64,000 nucleotides of DNA from Planctomycetota bacterium (GTDB taxonomy: Bacteria > Planctomycetota > Planctomycetia > JALXBF01), in the NCBI GenBank assembly GCA_026991575.1, contig JALXBF010000138.1, positions 11,099 through 75,098 on the forward strand, written 5' to 3'. The position numbers and the translations under genes are program-made. Below, one piece after another: positions 44,266 through 53,476 of this stretch. Position 1 is the first letter of the stretch, and each line of letters begins with the position of its first letter. Below the pieces are notes generated by a model, which saw only the letters and a list, made by a program, of their open reading frames with translations, was not told the origin of the DNA and ran no database searches.

Positions 44266-45054
44266 ATGTTTCGTTATGCCGGCGTGTGGATGCTACCGCT
44301 CATTCTAGCCCTGTGCCTCCCCGCGACCGCTCAGACCGGCGGCGGCGTGCGGCAGGCCAGTCGCAGCGTGGTCAATCCGTCGATGAGCCTGCCGCTGAAG
44401 CTGGTGCAGGAGGCCAAGGAGGCATATGCCTCGGTGCGCAGCTATCAGTGCATCTTCATCAAGCGGGACTACATCGACGGCAAGCTACAGCCGCACCAGT
44501 TCATCTTCATGAAGGTGCGCACCCGGCCGTTCAGCGTGTACATGCGCTGGCTGAAGCCCCGGGCCGGTCGGGAGGTGCTCTACGCACCGCACCGTTACGG
44601 CCCGAAGATCATCGCGCACGAGGTGGGGGTCAAAGGGGTGGTCGGCACGGTCGAGCTTGATCCGCACAGCGCACGTGCTCGGCGCGAGAGCCGCCACCCG
44701 ATCACCGAAGTGGGCATCGGCAACATGATCCGCAAGCTGGAGCGCCGCTGGCTGCTGGCTGCCCGCGACCCGCAGTACGTTGCCGAGGTGAAGCCGAATG
44801 CGAAGGTTGGCAACCGAAGCTGTTGGTGTGTCAAGGCCCGCTCCCCGGTTCGGGGGCGCTACGAGTACTACCGCGTGCGCGTGTTCTTCGACAAAGAGTA
44901 CAAGCTGCCGATCCGCTTCGAAGGCTACGCATGGCCAACCCGCCAGTTCCCGGATGGCATGCTGATCGAAGAGTACACGTACGATCGACTCCAGTTGAAC
45001 GTGCCGGTCAGCGAGCTGGACTTCGACCGGCGCAACCCGCAGTACAACTTCTAG
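44266..45054 (+). CDS. hypothetical secreted protein (DUF1571-like?)
   Basis: GGAGG RBS plus ATG 44266. Signal peptide MFRYAGVWMLPLILALCLPATAQ. The tracked ORF start at 44092 is an upstream extension that overlaps the neighbouring gene. Confidence 0.45.
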   Translation: MFRYAGVWMLPLILALCLPATAQTGGGVRQASRSVVNPSMSLPLKLVQEAKEAYASVRSYQCIFIKRDYIDGKLQPHQFIFMKVRTRPFSVYMRWLKPRAGREVLYAPHRYGPKIIAHEVGVKGVVGTVELDPHSARARRESRHPITEVGIGNMIRKLERRWLLAARDPQYVAEVKPNAKVGNRSCWCVKARSPVRGRYEYYRVRVFFDKEYKLPIRFEGYAWPTRQFPDGMLIEEYTYDRLQLNVPVSELDFDRRNPQYNF

Positions 45055-45081
45055 CCGCGGCAGCGGGGGGGCGGACAGGTC

Positions 45082-45705
45082 TTAGCCGGCGGCGCCGGCA
45101 CCGAAGAGGGCGTCGAAACAGAACCGGCTCCAGCTCTCGAGGCGGTGGCGGTGCAAGCGGAGCACCGGGATCGGAACGAACTCCGCATCACGCAGTGCCC
45201 GCTCCTTTGCACGCACCTTCGGCTCGGCCAACTCAAACAGATGCACGACGCCCAGATGGACCTTGCCGACATCGGTCGAGTCGTCGTTGATCAGTCCGAC
45301 GCACCGCTCGGAGTAGTCTGAGAGGATCTCGACCTCCTCGGCCAGTTCGCGCAGCATCGCGTCCTCATAGGGCACCCCCTGCAGGTTCCACAGCCGGCGA
45401 TCATCCAGGGAAATGTGTCCGCCGACGCCGATCGATTCCAGGTCGTGCAGTCGGTGTTCGCCCTGTTGCCGGCCGCGGCGGTAGCGAAACAGGCGGTTCC
45501 CGCATTTGAGGATGCAATACGGGATGATCTGCTTGTAGGCGGGGTCTTCTTCCGCCCGGTCGCGCGGCAGAAAGCGGACCTCATCCGGACTGATGAGCCG
45601 GGGTAGATAGCGGTCCACGTCGGCGCAGAATCCCTGGAAGCGGCCCAGTTCATCGAGAAGCCGCGCTTCGACGACCATCACCTTTTCGTTCGGCCAGCGG
45701 GCCAT
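45082..45705 (-). CDS. hypothetical protein, possibly degenerate NUDIX-fold
   Basis: KQIIPYCIL...GGHISLDD...MLRELAEEVEI loosely resembles a Nudix box (REUxEE). GGGGAG RBS before ATG 45705. Confidence 0.35.
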   Translation of the reverse strand: MARWPNEKVMVVEARLLDELGRFQGFCADVDRYLPRLISPDEVRFLPRDRAEEDPAYKQIIPYCILKCGNRLFRYRRGRQQGEHRLHDLESIGVGGHISLDDRRLWNLQGVPYEDAMLRELAEEVEILSDYSERCVGLINDDSTDVGKVHLGVVHLFELAEPKVRAKERALRDAEFVPIPVLRLHRHRLESWSRFCFDALFGAGAAG

Positions 45706-45929
45706 GCTCTGCTCCCCTGGTTTACCGTCGTGGCATGCTATGGCCGCACAGGATGATATTCCCACCGGGTTGCTCGATGCAAACAGCTTGCCCCCGCGCC
45801 CCGTTTTTCCCTACGGGGCAATCTGCCGTTGACCGCCATGGACCGTTTCGGCAGAATCCCGCCCGTCAGACCGGACGTCAGGTCTGCGGTGTCTCGGGTT
45901 GTGAACTGCGTACAGCAAAGGAGTGCGGC

Positions 45930-46601
45930 GTGAAGCGTCTAGCTGGTTACGTAGCGTGCATCGTCGCAAGCGGCCTGGTTGCTCTCGGAGCCGTCCTGCT
46001 GGATCGGGCAGTTGGCCAACAGGCTTCCCAGATCCCGACCCGCATCGGGCTGATCGACCTAGACTACGTGCTGAAGAACTACACGAAGTTCAACCGGTTG
46101 GCCGAGGAGCTCACCGCCCAGGCCAAGCAGAAGGAGGCTGAGATTCAGCGGATGCAGCAGGAGCTGCGCAGTCTGATCAAGCAGCAGCAGGCTCAGAAGC
46201 CCGACAGCCCGCTCTTTGCGCAGTACCAGGAGCAGGCCACTAAGAAGCGGGCCGAGCTGGAAGCGACCATCGCCAACGCTCAGCGTGAGTTCGCTCGCCG
46301 CCAGGCTAGCCTGTATCACACGACCTATCGGGAAGTCGAGGCGGCCGTTGCCCGCTATGCCCAGTCGATTGGCCTGACGATGGTCATCCAGACCCGCAGG
46401 CCTGGCAAGGTGGCGCCCACCGATCCGCAGGCAGTGTTCCGCGAGATCGCCCGTCCGGTGGTGTACAGCCATCCAGCGCTGGACATCACCGACGAAGTGC
46501 TCGCACTGCTTAACCGCGGCAGCGGCACGATGGCTCAGCCCGCAGGCCGATCGGTGTTGCCCGCGGCACAGCGCCCCACGCGGAGTTACCAGCGGCGCTG
46601 A
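45930..46601 (+). CDS. OmpH/Skp family periplasmic chaperone
   Basis: GTG start with an AAGGAG RBS. Signal/TM, then RIGLIDLDYVLKNYTKFNRLAEELTAQAKQKEAEIQRMQQEL, characteristic of OmpH. Confidence 0.7.
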   Translation: MKRLAGYVACIVASGLVALGAVLLDRAVGQQASQIPTRIGLIDLDYVLKNYTKFNRLAEELTAQAKQKEAEIQRMQQELRSLIKQQQAQKPDSPLFAQYQEQATKKRAELEATIANAQREFARRQASLYHTTYREVEAAVARYAQSIGLTMVIQTRRPGKVAPTDPQAVFREIARPVVYSHPALDITDEVLALLNRGSGTMAQPAGRSVLPAAQRPTRSYQRR

Positions 46602-46700
46602 ACCGCTGGTCGCCAGCCCCACCAACTGGGCTGAACCCACGCGTGCCGGCCGTCTGGCACCGCGATCAGAACCGACGATCCGCAGCCATAGGGAGCAAGG

Positions 46701-47921
46701 ATGCGACGCCAACGGACAATCCAGCGACCGATCGCGGTCCGCGGGCACAGTTTTATCTCCGGCCTGGATATCGTGCTCCGCTTCTGTCCAGCTCCCGAAC
46801 ACGCTGGCCTGCATTTCGTCCGCGTTGACCTGGATCCAAACAGGGTTGTCCCGGTAGACGTGGACAGGCGTCTGGACTGCCCGCGGCGCACGACGCTTGC
46901 CGATGGTGACGTACGGGTCGAGATGACCGAACACGTACTCGCAGCACTGCGGGGCCTGGGTGTGGACAACTGCCGCATCGAAGTGAATGGCCCTGAGACG
47001 CCGGGCTGCGACGGTTCATCCCTGCAGTTCGCGCGTGCGTTGTTGGATGCGGGAATCCAGAGTCAGTCTGCGTGGTGTGAGCCGCTGGTGCTGGAGCACC
47101 CGATCTGCGTCAGCGACGGCAAGGCGTTCGTTGCCGCGTTACCGAATCCGCATGGCTACTTGGAGGTGGACTACACGCTGGACTACACCTCGGTCTCGCG
47201 GCTGCTCGGGCGTCAGCGGTTCATCTGCCAGCTGAACCTGGTGAACTTCCTCGGTGAGGTTGCCCCGGCTAGAACGTTCCTGCTGCGCGAGGAAGCCGAG
47301 CAGCTGCGTGCGATGGGCTGGGGCAGTCGGACCACAGCCCGCGACCTGCTGATTTACGACGATGATGGCCCCATCGACAACGCGGAACGCTATCCCGACG
47401 AGCCGGCACGGCACAAGGCGTTGGACATCATCGGCGATCTTGCCCTGGCAGGCCGGGAGCTCGTGGCCTCCGTCATTGCCTACCGCTCCGGCCACCGGCT
47501 CAACGCTGCGCTTGCCCGGGCCATCCGGCAATGCCACAACCTGGACGTCACACTGTCGATCGGCGCCGGCGTGCCGATCTGGCCCGGTGTGCTGTCCGAG
47601 CTGCCGCCGCGAACATCGAAGGGGGGGACGGGGCAGTTTGTGATTTCCGAACAGGGGGGAGCGGACCCGATGCTTGCCCGCGGCGCCGCGTTGCTGGCGG
47701 CCTGGCTGTCGGCCGCTCGCTGTCTCGGGCGTGGTGAGCAGTTGGATCTGGTGGAGTTCTGTCACGTGTCGATCGACCGGGCACCTGAACCCGCGCAGCC
47801 ATTTGCCGTGAGTCTCAAAAGACGGGACGGCGGCGAGATCGAGCTGCAGGTAGTCCAGGACGACCGATTGCTGGGAAGAGCATCGATCCGGCCGGCAGCC
47901 GCGGTTGCCCGGGCTGCTTAG
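46701..47921 (+). CDS. lpxC: UDP-3-O-acyl-N-acetylglucosamine deacetylase with ~100-aa C-terminal extension
   Basis: N-terminal TIQRPIAVRGHSFISGLDIVLRFCPAPEHAGLHF...HVLAAL...ALDIIGDLAL (LpxC HKxL/D motifs). 406 aa versus the usual ~300. Confidence 0.85.
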   Translation: MRRQRTIQRPIAVRGHSFISGLDIVLRFCPAPEHAGLHFVRVDLDPNRVVPVDVDRRLDCPRRTTLADGDVRVEMTEHVLAALRGLGVDNCRIEVNGPETPGCDGSSLQFARALLDAGIQSQSAWCEPLVLEHPICVSDGKAFVAALPNPHGYLEVDYTLDYTSVSRLLGRQRFICQLNLVNFLGEVAPARTFLLREEAEQLRAMGWGSRTTARDLLIYDDDGPIDNAERYPDEPARHKALDIIGDLALAGRELVASVIAYRSGHRLNAALARAIRQCHNLDVTLSIGAGVPIWPGVLSELPPRTSKGGTGQFVISEQGGADPMLARGAALLAAWLSAARCLGRGEQLDLVEFCHVSIDRAPEPAQPFAVSLKRRDGGEIELQVVQDDRLLGRASIRPAAAVARAA

Positions 47922-47962
47922 TGTTCGACCTGGTCCAGACGCTCAGCCGGAGAGAGAGCACT

Positions 47963-48772
47963 ATGGCGGCAAAGATTCATCCGCTCAGCCAAGTGGCGGC
48001 GACCGCCGAGTTGGGGGACAACGTCGTCATCGGGCCGTTCTGCGTCGTCGGCCCGAACGTGGTCATCGGCGACGGTACCGAGTTGATCAGCCACGTGACC
48101 ATCGTGGGTGATACGGTCATCGGCCGGGACAACCGGATCTATCCGGGAACCGTCATCGGAGCCGAGCCCCAAGACCTCAGCTACGACGGTACCCGGACAC
48201 GGGTTGAAATCGGTGACGGAAACGTCATCCGCGAATGCGTCACGATCAACCGGGCCACGACCAAAGAGGATGGTGTTACGCGCATCGGGAACCATAACTA
48301 CCTCATGGCCTGCTGCCATGTGGCCCACGATTGCAAGCTGGGCAACCACATCGTCTTGGCGAACAGCGCCCTGCTGGGGGGGCACGTGCACATTCACGAT
48401 TACGCCATCGTCTCCGGCAATGTGGGCATCCACCACTTTGCGACCGTCGGAAGGCTGGCGTTCGTGGGTGGCCAGAGCCGAATCGTGCATGACGTGCCGC
48501 CGTTCATGCTGGTGGATGGGAACCCGTCATGGGTCCGCTGCGTGAACGTGCTCGGGTTGAGGCGGCATGGCATGACCGGCGAGCAGATCGGGGCGCTGAT
48601 CGAAGCCCATCGGCTCATCTACCGGGCGCGAATGCGGTTGGACCATGCCGCCGAGCTGCTCCGCAACCACGGTCGCTGGACGGAAGAAGTCGAACACCTG
48701 TTCGAATTCCTCAAGCGCCAGTTTTCGGGACGAAACGGACGAGCCCGCGAAGCACTTCGCCGCGCAGCGTAA
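47963..48772 (+). CDS. lpxA: acyl-ACP--UDP-N-acetylglucosamine O-acyltransferase
   Basis: MAAKIHPLSQV...hexapeptide repeats...GGQSRIVHDVPPFMLVDGNPSWVRCVNVLGLRRHG, typical of LpxA. ATG 47963. Confidence 0.9.
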   Translation: MAAKIHPLSQVAATAELGDNVVIGPFCVVGPNVVIGDGTELISHVTIVGDTVIGRDNRIYPGTVIGAEPQDLSYDGTRTRVEIGDGNVIRECVTINRATTKEDGVTRIGNHNYLMACCHVAHDCKLGNHIVLANSALLGGHVHIHDYAIVSGNVGIHHFATVGRLAFVGGQSRIVHDVPPFMLVDGNPSWVRCVNVLGLRRHGMTGEQIGALIEAHRLIYRARMRLDHAAELLRNHGRWTEEVEHLFEFLKRQFSGRNGRAREALRRAA

Positions 48773-48794
48773 ACAACGGCAGGAGAAACAACGG

Positions 48795-49844
48795 GTGGCC
48801 AGCAACAGGGAACTGCGCGTCGCGGTTATCGGAGTCGGACACCTGGGCCGGCACCACGCGCGCATCTTGAACGAGCTGCCCGATACGAAGCTGGTGGCTG
48901 TCGTCGACTGCCGGCCGCGGCAGGCCGAGTCGGTTGCCCGTAAGCTGGGTACCGTGGCCTGCACGTCGGTCGATCAGCTGCCTGAGAACCTCGATGCCGC
49001 GGTCGTTGCCGTTCCGACAACGCTGCACCGTGAGATTGCGCTGCAACTGATCGAACGCGACGTGTCGTTGCTGGTGGAAAAGCCGCTGGCTGAATCGATC
49101 GAGGCTGCCGACCAGATCGTCGAGCAAGCCGAACGCCGCGGCGTGCTCCTGCAAGTCGGGCATGTCGAGCGGTTCAACCCCGCTTTCCAGGCACTGCAGC
49201 TCACGTCGCGCTGGGGACGACCGTTCTTTATCCAGTGCGTGCGCGAGGTGCCCTACAGCTTCCGCTCGACGGACATCGGTGTCATCCTGGACTTGATGAT
49301 CCACGACATTGACCTGATCATGTGGATCACCGGTGAGTTTCCTTCCGTTGTCCGCGCACATGCCTGGGCCCATTTCGGCCGGCACGAAGACGTGGCCGTG
49401 GCTATGTTCCGTTTCCCTGGCGGAACCGTGGCTCACTGCGTGGCCAGCCGTGTCAGCCCCGCCGTACGCCGCGAACTGAAGGTCTCCTGCCGCCAGCGCC
49501 ACCTGACCTTAGACCTCATGCGGGGCACTGCCCAGCTCATGGAACCGACCGAGCGGGTCGACGCCGAACTGACACTCTTCACGGACCCGCCTGCCGAAAA
49601 GGTACCCTGGCTCCGCAACCAACTCTTCGAACGCTACTTCCGTCGCCGGGAGCTGAGCTGGCCATCCCTGCTGGAGCCACTCCGAGCCGAATTACAGCAC
49701 TTCTTGCACTGCGTGCGCACCGGCACCCGGCCGTCCGTCGATGGCCTGGCCGGACGCAACGCCGTGGCCGTTGCCCATGCGACCCTCAACGCCGCGCGCG
49801 ATCAGCTTTCCATTGAGCCCCATCCATACCCGCGCGCTGCCTAG
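48795..49844 (+). CDS. Gfo/Idh/MocA family oxidoreductase (GnnA-like, possible UDP-GlcNAc 3-dehydrogenase)
   Basis: LRVAVIGVGHLGRHHARIL...EKPLA...GHVERFNP. GTG 48795 with an AGGAG RBS. Located immediately after lpxA. Confidence 0.7.
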   Translation: MASNRELRVAVIGVGHLGRHHARILNELPDTKLVAVVDCRPRQAESVARKLGTVACTSVDQLPENLDAAVVAVPTTLHREIALQLIERDVSLLVEKPLAESIEAADQIVEQAERRGVLLQVGHVERFNPAFQALQLTSRWGRPFFIQCVREVPYSFRSTDIGVILDLMIHDIDLIMWITGEFPSVVRAHAWAHFGRHEDVAVAMFRFPGGTVAHCVASRVSPAVRRELKVSCRQRHLTLDLMRGTAQLMEPTERVDAELTLFTDPPAEKVPWLRNQLFERYFRRRELSWPSLLEPLRAELQHFLHCVRTGTRPSVDGLAGRNAVAVAHATLNAARDQLSIEPHPYPRAA

Positions 49845-50353
49845 CCAGCCGCCTCAGAACGCCGTTGCGACCGGCTCGTGCTCAACGCACGCTGGAGTGC
49901 TTCTGGGACGCAGACTCCGCACGGGGCCGGCCAGGCCGATCCTGTACCGGGCCCGCAGCCAATCGGCCTTAACGCGATGCCGGCTCCTGCCCACGGGGGG
50001 GCCTGGAGCTTGCTGCGAGGGGGGCGCTGAGCGAGCGAGTGGGCGGACTGGGCCCATGCGCATCGTCTCCATGCCATGGCCTCGCCCACCACACTCAAAC
50101 ACCGGTGCCCGTTACGTCACCACCAAACCTTTCGTGTGCCACACCACAGGGCCCGGATGAATACCTTCAGACTATGCGTTCGCCTGTGTGATTCGAAACG
50201 ACCCTTCACCTGGCCCGTGGCCCAGCAAGCCGCACTGCCTGCCCGAACACTACCCCTGCACGCTTCTTGCCATCAGTTGGTCTGCGTTGCTGCAGGCATG
50301 AGGCTGTCTGAGCCGGCACCCAGCCTGCTTATGCAGCCATGGCCGGTAGAACG

Positions 50354-51391
50354 CTACCGCTGGTGGCGTCGCTCCTTCAGTCGCTTGGCGAGGATGGGGA
50401 TCGTGAACCCACCGACCAACTCGTCGTTCTCGTCGACGTAGCACCAGTCCTCCACTTCATCGACACGCACTCGCACTCGGTCACCGACCTTCAACGGTCC
50501 GAGGTCATGTGGGTCGTTAGCCAGCGCGCCGTAAATCACCCCGCCCTCGATGGCATCGACCTCGATCCAGATGTGTTCCACTCGGTCGTCATACCGCACC
50601 GGCGCTTTCACACTGAACTGCGAGCCTGCCCGCGCCTCAAACGCTCGCACGAACTCGTCGAACCGACGCTGTGCCTCCTCCTTGGCCGCCCGTATCTCCT
50701 CGTCGTCCGAGTCGACACTCACCATCGGCAGGAGATCCGCGGCCTTCAGGGCTTCGATCGGATCTTCGCCACGCAGCGCTGCCGCCGTGTTCTCGCCAAC
50801 CGCGTGCATGATCCCGTACTCGGGCAGATACACCAGTAGCGCACGGTCGTCGATGAGTTCCGCGATCAGCCGTGCCATGTAGCGGTACGCCTCACGCTGC
50901 TTCGCTGCAGGGTCGCCGTCTTCAATGATCGTCATCAGGTCGCACGAGACCCATGCTTCGTGTTCGAGGAACAGCAGCCGCTTGCGCAGGTCGGGCAGCG
51001 CATCTGCGTCCGCCTGCTTGTCCTCCACGTAAGGCCATGGCACCACGTGCACAGAGAACACGAAATCGCGGAACAGGATCAGAAAGTGCGCGTCCTGCCG
51101 ATGCGCACCGCGCGGTGACTTGTCGGGCTGAGCGTCAGGCATGGGGCCCAGCGCGGTGATCTTGATCTCCTCCTCCCGGTCACGCCCCTTCCGCCACGCC
51201 TCGGTGGCGATCCTCTCGAGAACAGCTGCGTCCAGATAGATCGGTTCGCGCATCAGCAGCACAACGGAATGCAGCGTTTCGTCGTCCTCTCCGTGGTGCG
51301 TGTCACGAGCTGCTTTCCGCCGTGTCGCGAGCCAGAAACCAATGCCGGCCAGAAGTACCAGCACCACAACCAGAACGATGGCGACGGCCAT
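50354..51391 (-). CDS. membrane-anchored protein with C-terminal DUF2314-like domain
   Basis: N-terminal TM MAVAIVLVVVLVLLAGIGFWL. C-terminal HIWIEVDAIEGGVIYGALANDPHDLGPLKVGDRVRVRVDEVEDW resembles DUF2314 (YegJ-like). Confidence 0.5.
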   Translation of the reverse strand: MAVAIVLVVVLVLLAGIGFWLATRRKAARDTHHGEDDETLHSVVLLMREPIYLDAAVLERIATEAWRKGRDREEEIKITALGPMPDAQPDKSPRGAHRQDAHFLILFRDFVFSVHVVPWPYVEDKQADADALPDLRKRLLFLEHEAWVSCDLMTIIEDGDPAAKQREAYRYMARLIAELIDDRALLVYLPEYGIMHAVGENTAAALRGEDPIEALKAADLLPMVSVDSDDEEIRAAKEEAQRRFDEFVRAFEARAGSQFSVKAPVRYDDRVEHIWIEVDAIEGGVIYGALANDPHDLGPLKVGDRVRVRVDEVEDWCYVDENDELVGGFTIPILAKRLKERRHQR

Positions 51392-51578
51392 GTGTACCCC
51401 CCTTCTGGCATCGAGACCTGCCAGCCTTAGCATGGATGCCGGCAGATGTGATTTTAGCTCAGTGCGCGGTTGGCAGGGCGCCGGCTGCCGGCTACGAAGC
51501 GGTTCGTTTCTTTGCGTTGGTACAGCGGGCCGAAACGGTTCCTGGGCCTGGCTGCAGGGAAACCTGGCGTTGACCCGG

Positions 51579-53438
51579 TCAGGAGCGCGTGCGTGCGGTG
51601 GTCACCGCCAGCACACCGCGGTGCCGCTGGCCCAGCAGATACTGCAGGTGGCGGTACAGTTCCGAGTTCCTGGTCAGTTCCTCGTGTGAACCGACGGCTG
51701 CCACCGCACCGTCCTTCAAGACGACGACGGCGTCAGCTTGCTTGAGCGTGGAGAGCCGGCGGGCCAGGAAGAGCACGGTTCGATCCCTGCAGAACCAGCG
51801 TAGCGCGTCATCAACAAGCTGACGCGCCTCCTCGTCCATCGGCTGCCACGGCTCTTCGATCACGGCCAGGGCAGGGTTCTGAACAATTAGCCGGGCCAGC
51901 GCAATGCGAAACTGCTCACCGATGGTTAACTGTTCGCCTAGCGGTCCGATTACCGTGTCATAGCCTTCGGCCAGCCGTTGGACGAAGCTGTGCGCATGCG
52001 CCCGCTTGGCCGCCTCGACAATCTCCGCAAACGGCCGCTGCTGCTCACCCCCGGCGATGTTCGCTCTGACAGAAGCCGTGAACACGTAGTACCCATCCAG
52101 GGCAATGCCCACGTTGGCTCTCAGGCTTTCCAGCGTGGCCTTGCGGATGTCGCGCCCGTCGATCAGAATCTGGCCTTCATCCGGGTCGATCAGCCGGGTG
52201 ACCAGGTAGGCAATGGCCCGATAGCTGGCCCGGTCCGTGCTCAGGACCGCCACGATGCTACCGGCTTCGATCGCGATGTTGTAATCGCGCAGGTAGACGC
52301 GGCCGCCGCGCATGACGGACACGTGACGGAAGCGCAGCTCTCGGCTGAGCGGGTCGAGGAAGCGCGCGTCGGGCAGCTGCAACACCTCAGGCTCACGCTG
52401 CAGAAACTCTGCCAGTGGTTCGCACGCAGTGTGGCTTGCCTTCAGCGTCTGGATCGCTCCCCAGGCGTTCTGAGCGGGCAGTACGGCCAGCAGCAGCGCC
52501 CCCAGCAACAGCAGTGCGGTGTCGACGTAGAGATTGCGCACGGCGAGCTGATACAGCAACAGCACCGCAAAAGTCGCAGCACCGAGTGAGAGGGCAAAGA
52601 GAACAACCGGCCAGGTCAGCCGAGCTAGGGCCAGGTCACCACTACGCACCCTGACCAGATCGGCCAGCACATCCTCGAACCGGCGGTGTACAACATCGTC
52701 CATCAATAGCGCCTTGGCCATCTGCACGTAATCGAGGCTCTCCGACAAAAGCCGCTCTTCTTGGATGGCGCGCTGCTCACGGCGGGCAAGGACCGATCGA
52801 ATCCGTCGGACGCCCAGCCCAGCCGATACCAGAGCCAGCGCCATCAGGGCTGCTGCGGCTATGCTCTGCAGCGGTGCCACTGCCAGGGCCAACGCGCCGA
52901 AGACCACCATCGGGACCGGTTCACGCTGGCTGAGTTCGAGCCAGGCTGCCAGCGCACGCCTCAGATTAGGCATTTGCGCAAGCACCGCTTCGTAGCCCAC
53001 CGGCTGGTTCGCACCGAGAGTTCGCTCCAGGGGCGGGGCCAACCGGTGCGCCTGCCGGTACACCGCCCGGCGGATCCGCGCTTCGCTCTGCGCGATAATC
53101 GAGCCGGCCAGGCGGCATTCGACCGCCCGCGCCGCCAGCCAGATCAGCAGGCAGGCCCACACAAGGCCACCGGCAAGAAGCACCCTCGACGCTACCGGTG
53201 CGGCACCTGGCGGATTGGCCATTCGGGCGGTGAGCTCAAGCCAACTGAGCAACCCGGTCTGCGAAACCGGGACACCGAACGTCGCTACCACCATGCGGAT
53301 CGCTGCGACAAGGGTGATCAACGCGGCAAGCGCAGCAGACGTGGCAACTAGGGTTGCTGCGAACCAGGCCAGGCGACGGGACTGAGCACCACGCAGGAAT
53401 GGACGGAGAACTTCGACTTGTGCGCTGATTCCAGCCAT
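51579..53438 (-). CDS. ABC exporter-like protein (TMD-NBD fusion) with degenerate, probably non-catalytic NBD
   Basis: Six-TM type-I exporter-like N-half. C-half aligns to an ABC NBD, but the Walker A is replaced (LSTDRASYRAIAYL), the signature by LTIGEQ, the Walker B by AVIEEP, and the H-loop His by Arg (ARRLST). Confidence 0.65.
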   Translation of the reverse strand: MAGISAQVEVLRPFLRGAQSRRLAWFAATLVATSAALAALITLVAAIRMVVATFGVPVSQTGLLSWLELTARMANPPGAAPVASRVLLAGGLVWACLLIWLAARAVECRLAGSIIAQSEARIRRAVYRQAHRLAPPLERTLGANQPVGYEAVLAQMPNLRRALAAWLELSQREPVPMVVFGALALAVAPLQSIAAAALMALALVSAGLGVRRIRSVLARREQRAIQEERLLSESLDYVQMAKALLMDDVVHRRFEDVLADLVRVRSGDLALARLTWPVVLFALSLGAATFAVLLLYQLAVRNLYVDTALLLLGALLLAVLPAQNAWGAIQTLKASHTACEPLAEFLQREPEVLQLPDARFLDPLSRELRFRHVSVMRGGRVYLRDYNIAIEAGSIVAVLSTDRASYRAIAYLVTRLIDPDEGQILIDGRDIRKATLESLRANVGIALDGYYVFTASVRANIAGGEQQRPFAEIVEAAKRAHAHSFVQRLAEGYDTVIGPLGEQLTIGEQFRIALARLIVQNPALAVIEEPWQPMDEEARQLVDDALRWFCRDRTVLFLARRLSTLKQADAVVVLKDGAVAAVGSHEELTRNSELYRHLQYLLGQRHRGVLAVTTARTRS

Positions 53439-53476
53439 CAACCTTCGTGCAGCCGCCTCCAGCAGGCGTCTGCCCG

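Noticed and set aside
50185-50215. gattcgaaacg segment resembling a tRNA T-arm
   Set aside because: The flanking sequence cannot form the T-stem (GGGTC vs CACAC), and no acceptor or anticodon arms are present. No tRNA genes were found in any intergenic region.
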